Assembly: GCA_963771075.1 (NCBI GenBank)
Contig: CAVYSE010000028.1
Coordinates: 352,001-416,000 of the forward strand
Length of the DNA stretch: 64,000 nucleotides
Direction: 5' to 3'
DNA from: a candidate division FCPU426 bacterium
Lineage (GTDB): Bacteria; Oederibacteriota; Muellerivitia; Muellerivitales; Muellerivitaceae
Shown here: positions 61,886 through 64,000 of the stretch, in pieces
Position numbering within the stretch: the stretch's first letter is position 1
How the letters are laid out: every line of letters begins with the position of its first letter
Made by a program: the position numbers and the translations under genes
The notes under the pieces: generated by a model
Databases searched by the model: none
What the model was told of the DNA's origin: nothing
Seen by the model: the letters and a program-made list of their open reading frames with translations, nothing else

Positions 61886-63271
61886 TTAGTTGGAGTAAAA
61901 ACCGTCGGTGAGTTGTTTTTTCAAGCTGTTGATTTCGGCCAACAATGCGATATCGGAAACGAGCAAGTCCTCGATTTTCTCATAAGCGTGAATAATGGTC
62001 GTGTGGTCCTTACCTCCAAAAGCGGCGCCGATCTCACTCAGGGAATGAGGTGTTAATTCACGGGAAAGAAACATGGCGATTTGCCTTGGGAAGGCGATCT
62101 GTTTCGTCCTTTTTCTGGATTTCATGTCCGAAAACCGACAATTGTACCTGTCCGCGACCACCCTTTGAATATCTTCCACCGAAACCCTTTTATCCTCGTT
62201 GGGAAAGGTATCTTTTAGAATTTCCTTGGCCAAGTCTAGGGAGACCTCCTGGCGGGTGAGGGACGAAAAAGCGATGACCCGGAGCATGACGCCCTCTAAT
62301 TCCCTAATGTTGGCTTTCGCGTGATTCGCGATGAAGGCCGTCACGTCATTGGGGACGAGGATTCCCTCATGCTCGGCTTTTTTCCTTAAAATGGCGATTC
62401 GGGTTTCCAAATCGGGCTCTTGAATATCGGTGATCAGCCCCATTTCGAACCGGTTTTTGAGTCTTTCCTCGAGCTTGATTTCTTTGGGATGGCTGTCCGA
62501 AGTCGCAACGATTTGTTTTTGGGCCTCATAGAGGACATTGAACGTGTGAAAGAATTCTTCCTGCGTGCTTTCCTTACCTTCCAAGAATTGAATATCGTCT
62601 ATCAATAGAACATCAACGGTTCGGTACTTATTCCTGAAATCTTGGGTGCGCCCGGATTGAATGGATTGGATCATGTCATTCATGAATTTTTCGCTGGATA
62701 AATAAAGAACCCGGGAAGCCGGATTCTGGATTCTTACGAAGTTTCCGATCGCCTGCAAAAGATGAGTTTTTCCTAAACCAACTCCCCCGTAGATAAACAA
62801 GGGGTTGTAGGAACGGGCAGGGGATTCCGCTACTGCTAGGCAGGCCGCATGGGAAAAACGGTTGCTGTTGCCGACAACGAAACTTTCAAAATTGAATTTT
62901 GAATTCAGGATAAATTCAGTATCGGTTGAATTTCCGTGATTTAGGGGATTTATTCTGGATTTTTCCGCAATTTCAATGGATAAAGAGGGCTTAGCAGTTA
63001 AAGGAGCTGTTTCGGGATTGAGAATTGCATTTTCGATTTCAAATTGAATTTCCAATTGTTCAGGATGGAGGGCATTCAAGGCCTTTTGGATTTGGGGTTG
63101 GTAATGGTCCCTGATCCAATCCCGGAAAAACTCATTGGGAACCTGGACATGTAGAGTTTTTTCGCGTACCGAGGCTTTGGTAACCTTAAACCATGTTTCA
63201 AAACTTTGTTGGTTTAGGTCTTTTTTTAGGTTTTCAAGGCAACGATCCCAAAGATCGGCAGTAACACTCAT
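61886..63271 (-). CDS. dnaA: Chromosomal replication initiator DnaA
   Basis: FETWF, YNPLFIYGGVGLGKTHL, DVLLIDDIQFL, QEEFFHTFN, RQIAM, GGKDHTTI. Confidence 0.99.
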   Translation of the reverse strand: MSVTADLWDRCLENLKKDLNQQSFETWFKVTKASVREKTLHVQVPNEFFRDWIRDHYQPQIQKALNALHPEQLEIQFEIENAILNPETAPLTAKPSLSIEIAEKSRINPLNHGNSTDTEFILNSKFNFESFVVGNSNRFSHAACLAVAESPARSYNPLFIYGGVGLGKTHLLQAIGNFVRIQNPASRVLYLSSEKFMNDMIQSIQSGRTQDFRNKYRTVDVLLIDDIQFLEGKESTQEEFFHTFNVLYEAQKQIVATSDSHPKEIKLEERLKNRFEMGLITDIQEPDLETRIAILRKKAEHEGILVPNDVTAFIANHAKANIRELEGVMLRVIAFSSLTRQEVSLDLAKEILKDTFPNEDKRVSVEDIQRVVADRYNCRFSDMKSRKRTKQIAFPRQIAMFLSRELTPHSLSEIGAAFGGKDHTTIIHAYEKIEDLLVSDIALLAEINSLKKQLTDGFYSN

Positions 63272-63580
63272 CCACAAGCCTCCCGAAAACTAAAAAAAGA
63301 TAAAAACCCTTTAATAAGGCCTATTTCCGCATAGCGGAAGATAGGAGTATCCCCAACTTATCAACAACCCTACATCCACGTGAAAATAGGGCCTATTTTT
63401 AACATTTTTCCCTAATTCTGGTTTATTCACAATTGTGAATAGCCCTGTGGACAACTAAAAGGCCTTTTTCCACCGTTTAGAACCTGCTTACTATTTCCTC
63501 AATAAATTTTTTTATTAAATCTTTTGAGGAGAAGCTTTCAACTTATGCACCGTTTACTCACAACTATCCACAAATTCACG
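63269..63580. promoter_or_regulatory. DnaA-box cluster upstream of dnaA
   Basis: tcatccaca, ttatcaaca, ttattcaca, tgtgaatag, tgtggacaa, ttatgcacc, ctatccaca. Confidence 0.85.
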
Positions 63581-63850
63581 TTTGAAAAGCGCTAAGACGA
63601 AAAAAATTTTTTCGTGGATCGCGAGGGTTGGCATGGCGAAGACGAAAAAATTTTTAGGTACATCTTTAGATTTTCGAAAAATGTAACTTGCTCACTCCTT
63701 TTAAACCTTTTAACGCCCAAGTCAAGAAAATATTGAGAGGAAGAAGAAAATTTATTTCCCCAACAAATTAAATGCGCTCTTGACAGGTCGTGGTTCCGGT
63801 TCAAAAGTGAAAATTTTTTTCCCTGGAAAAAAATATTTTTCTTTGAGCCA

Positions 63851-64000
63851 TCAATAACTGTTCGCGTCCAATTTCACTTTGCCCCGGAAGATCCAATAGA
63901 TGCTGGCGGTGTAGGAAATCACGAGAGGCATTCCGATGGCTGCGATGACTGTCATGATTCGCAAGGTTTTCAGGGAGGAGCAGCGTTGTAAATGGTCAGA
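63851..64000 (-). CDS. cydB: 3' end of cytochrome bd oxidase subunit II (partial)
   Basis: Manual translation LTIYNAA / [41 protein letters not shown]. Confidence 0.88.
   Translation of the reverse strand, partial: SDHLQRCSSLKTLRIMTVIAAIGMPLVISYTASIYWIFRGKVKLDANSY

Noticed and set aside
63425..63440. Palindrome attcacaattgtgaat as a Rex/CRP site
   Set aside because: Better explained as two inverted DnaA boxes within the origin cluster

Overview
Bacterial chromosomal segment of moderately high GC that ends at the replication origin (dnaN-dnaA with DnaA boxes and DnaA-trios). The left half (about 3.2-29.9 kb) is a hydrogen-metabolism island. It holds three [NiFe]-hydrogenases: Ech (group 4e), HoxEFUYHW (group 3d) and a sulfhydrogenase-type HydBGDA plus protease (group 3b). 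A scattered but complete hypABCDEF set is interrupted by accessory genes (hicBA, mobile mystery A/B, low-GC ORFs). The middle carries housekeeping genes (M3 peptidase, purC, hldD, thiO, HD-GYP). About 44-57 kb is a defence/accessory island: type III-like res-bro-mod, MNT-HEPN, a SWIM protein and a GHKL ATPase, next to a DUF1998 helicase-exonuclease fusion. Signals most worth following up: (1) a helically phased array of 8-9 AATTGGCAG-core repeats directly upstream of an orphan winged-helix gene; (2) a shared TRTGA-N6-TCATA palindrome upstream of all three hydrogenase operons; (3) two integrase-free insertions, each bracketed by a diverged duplicate of a host gene end; (4) an apparent EchA-EchB fusion. 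Many conserved genes carry single-base frameshifts, probably assembly errors. All calls come from motif recognition by eye; no database search was run.
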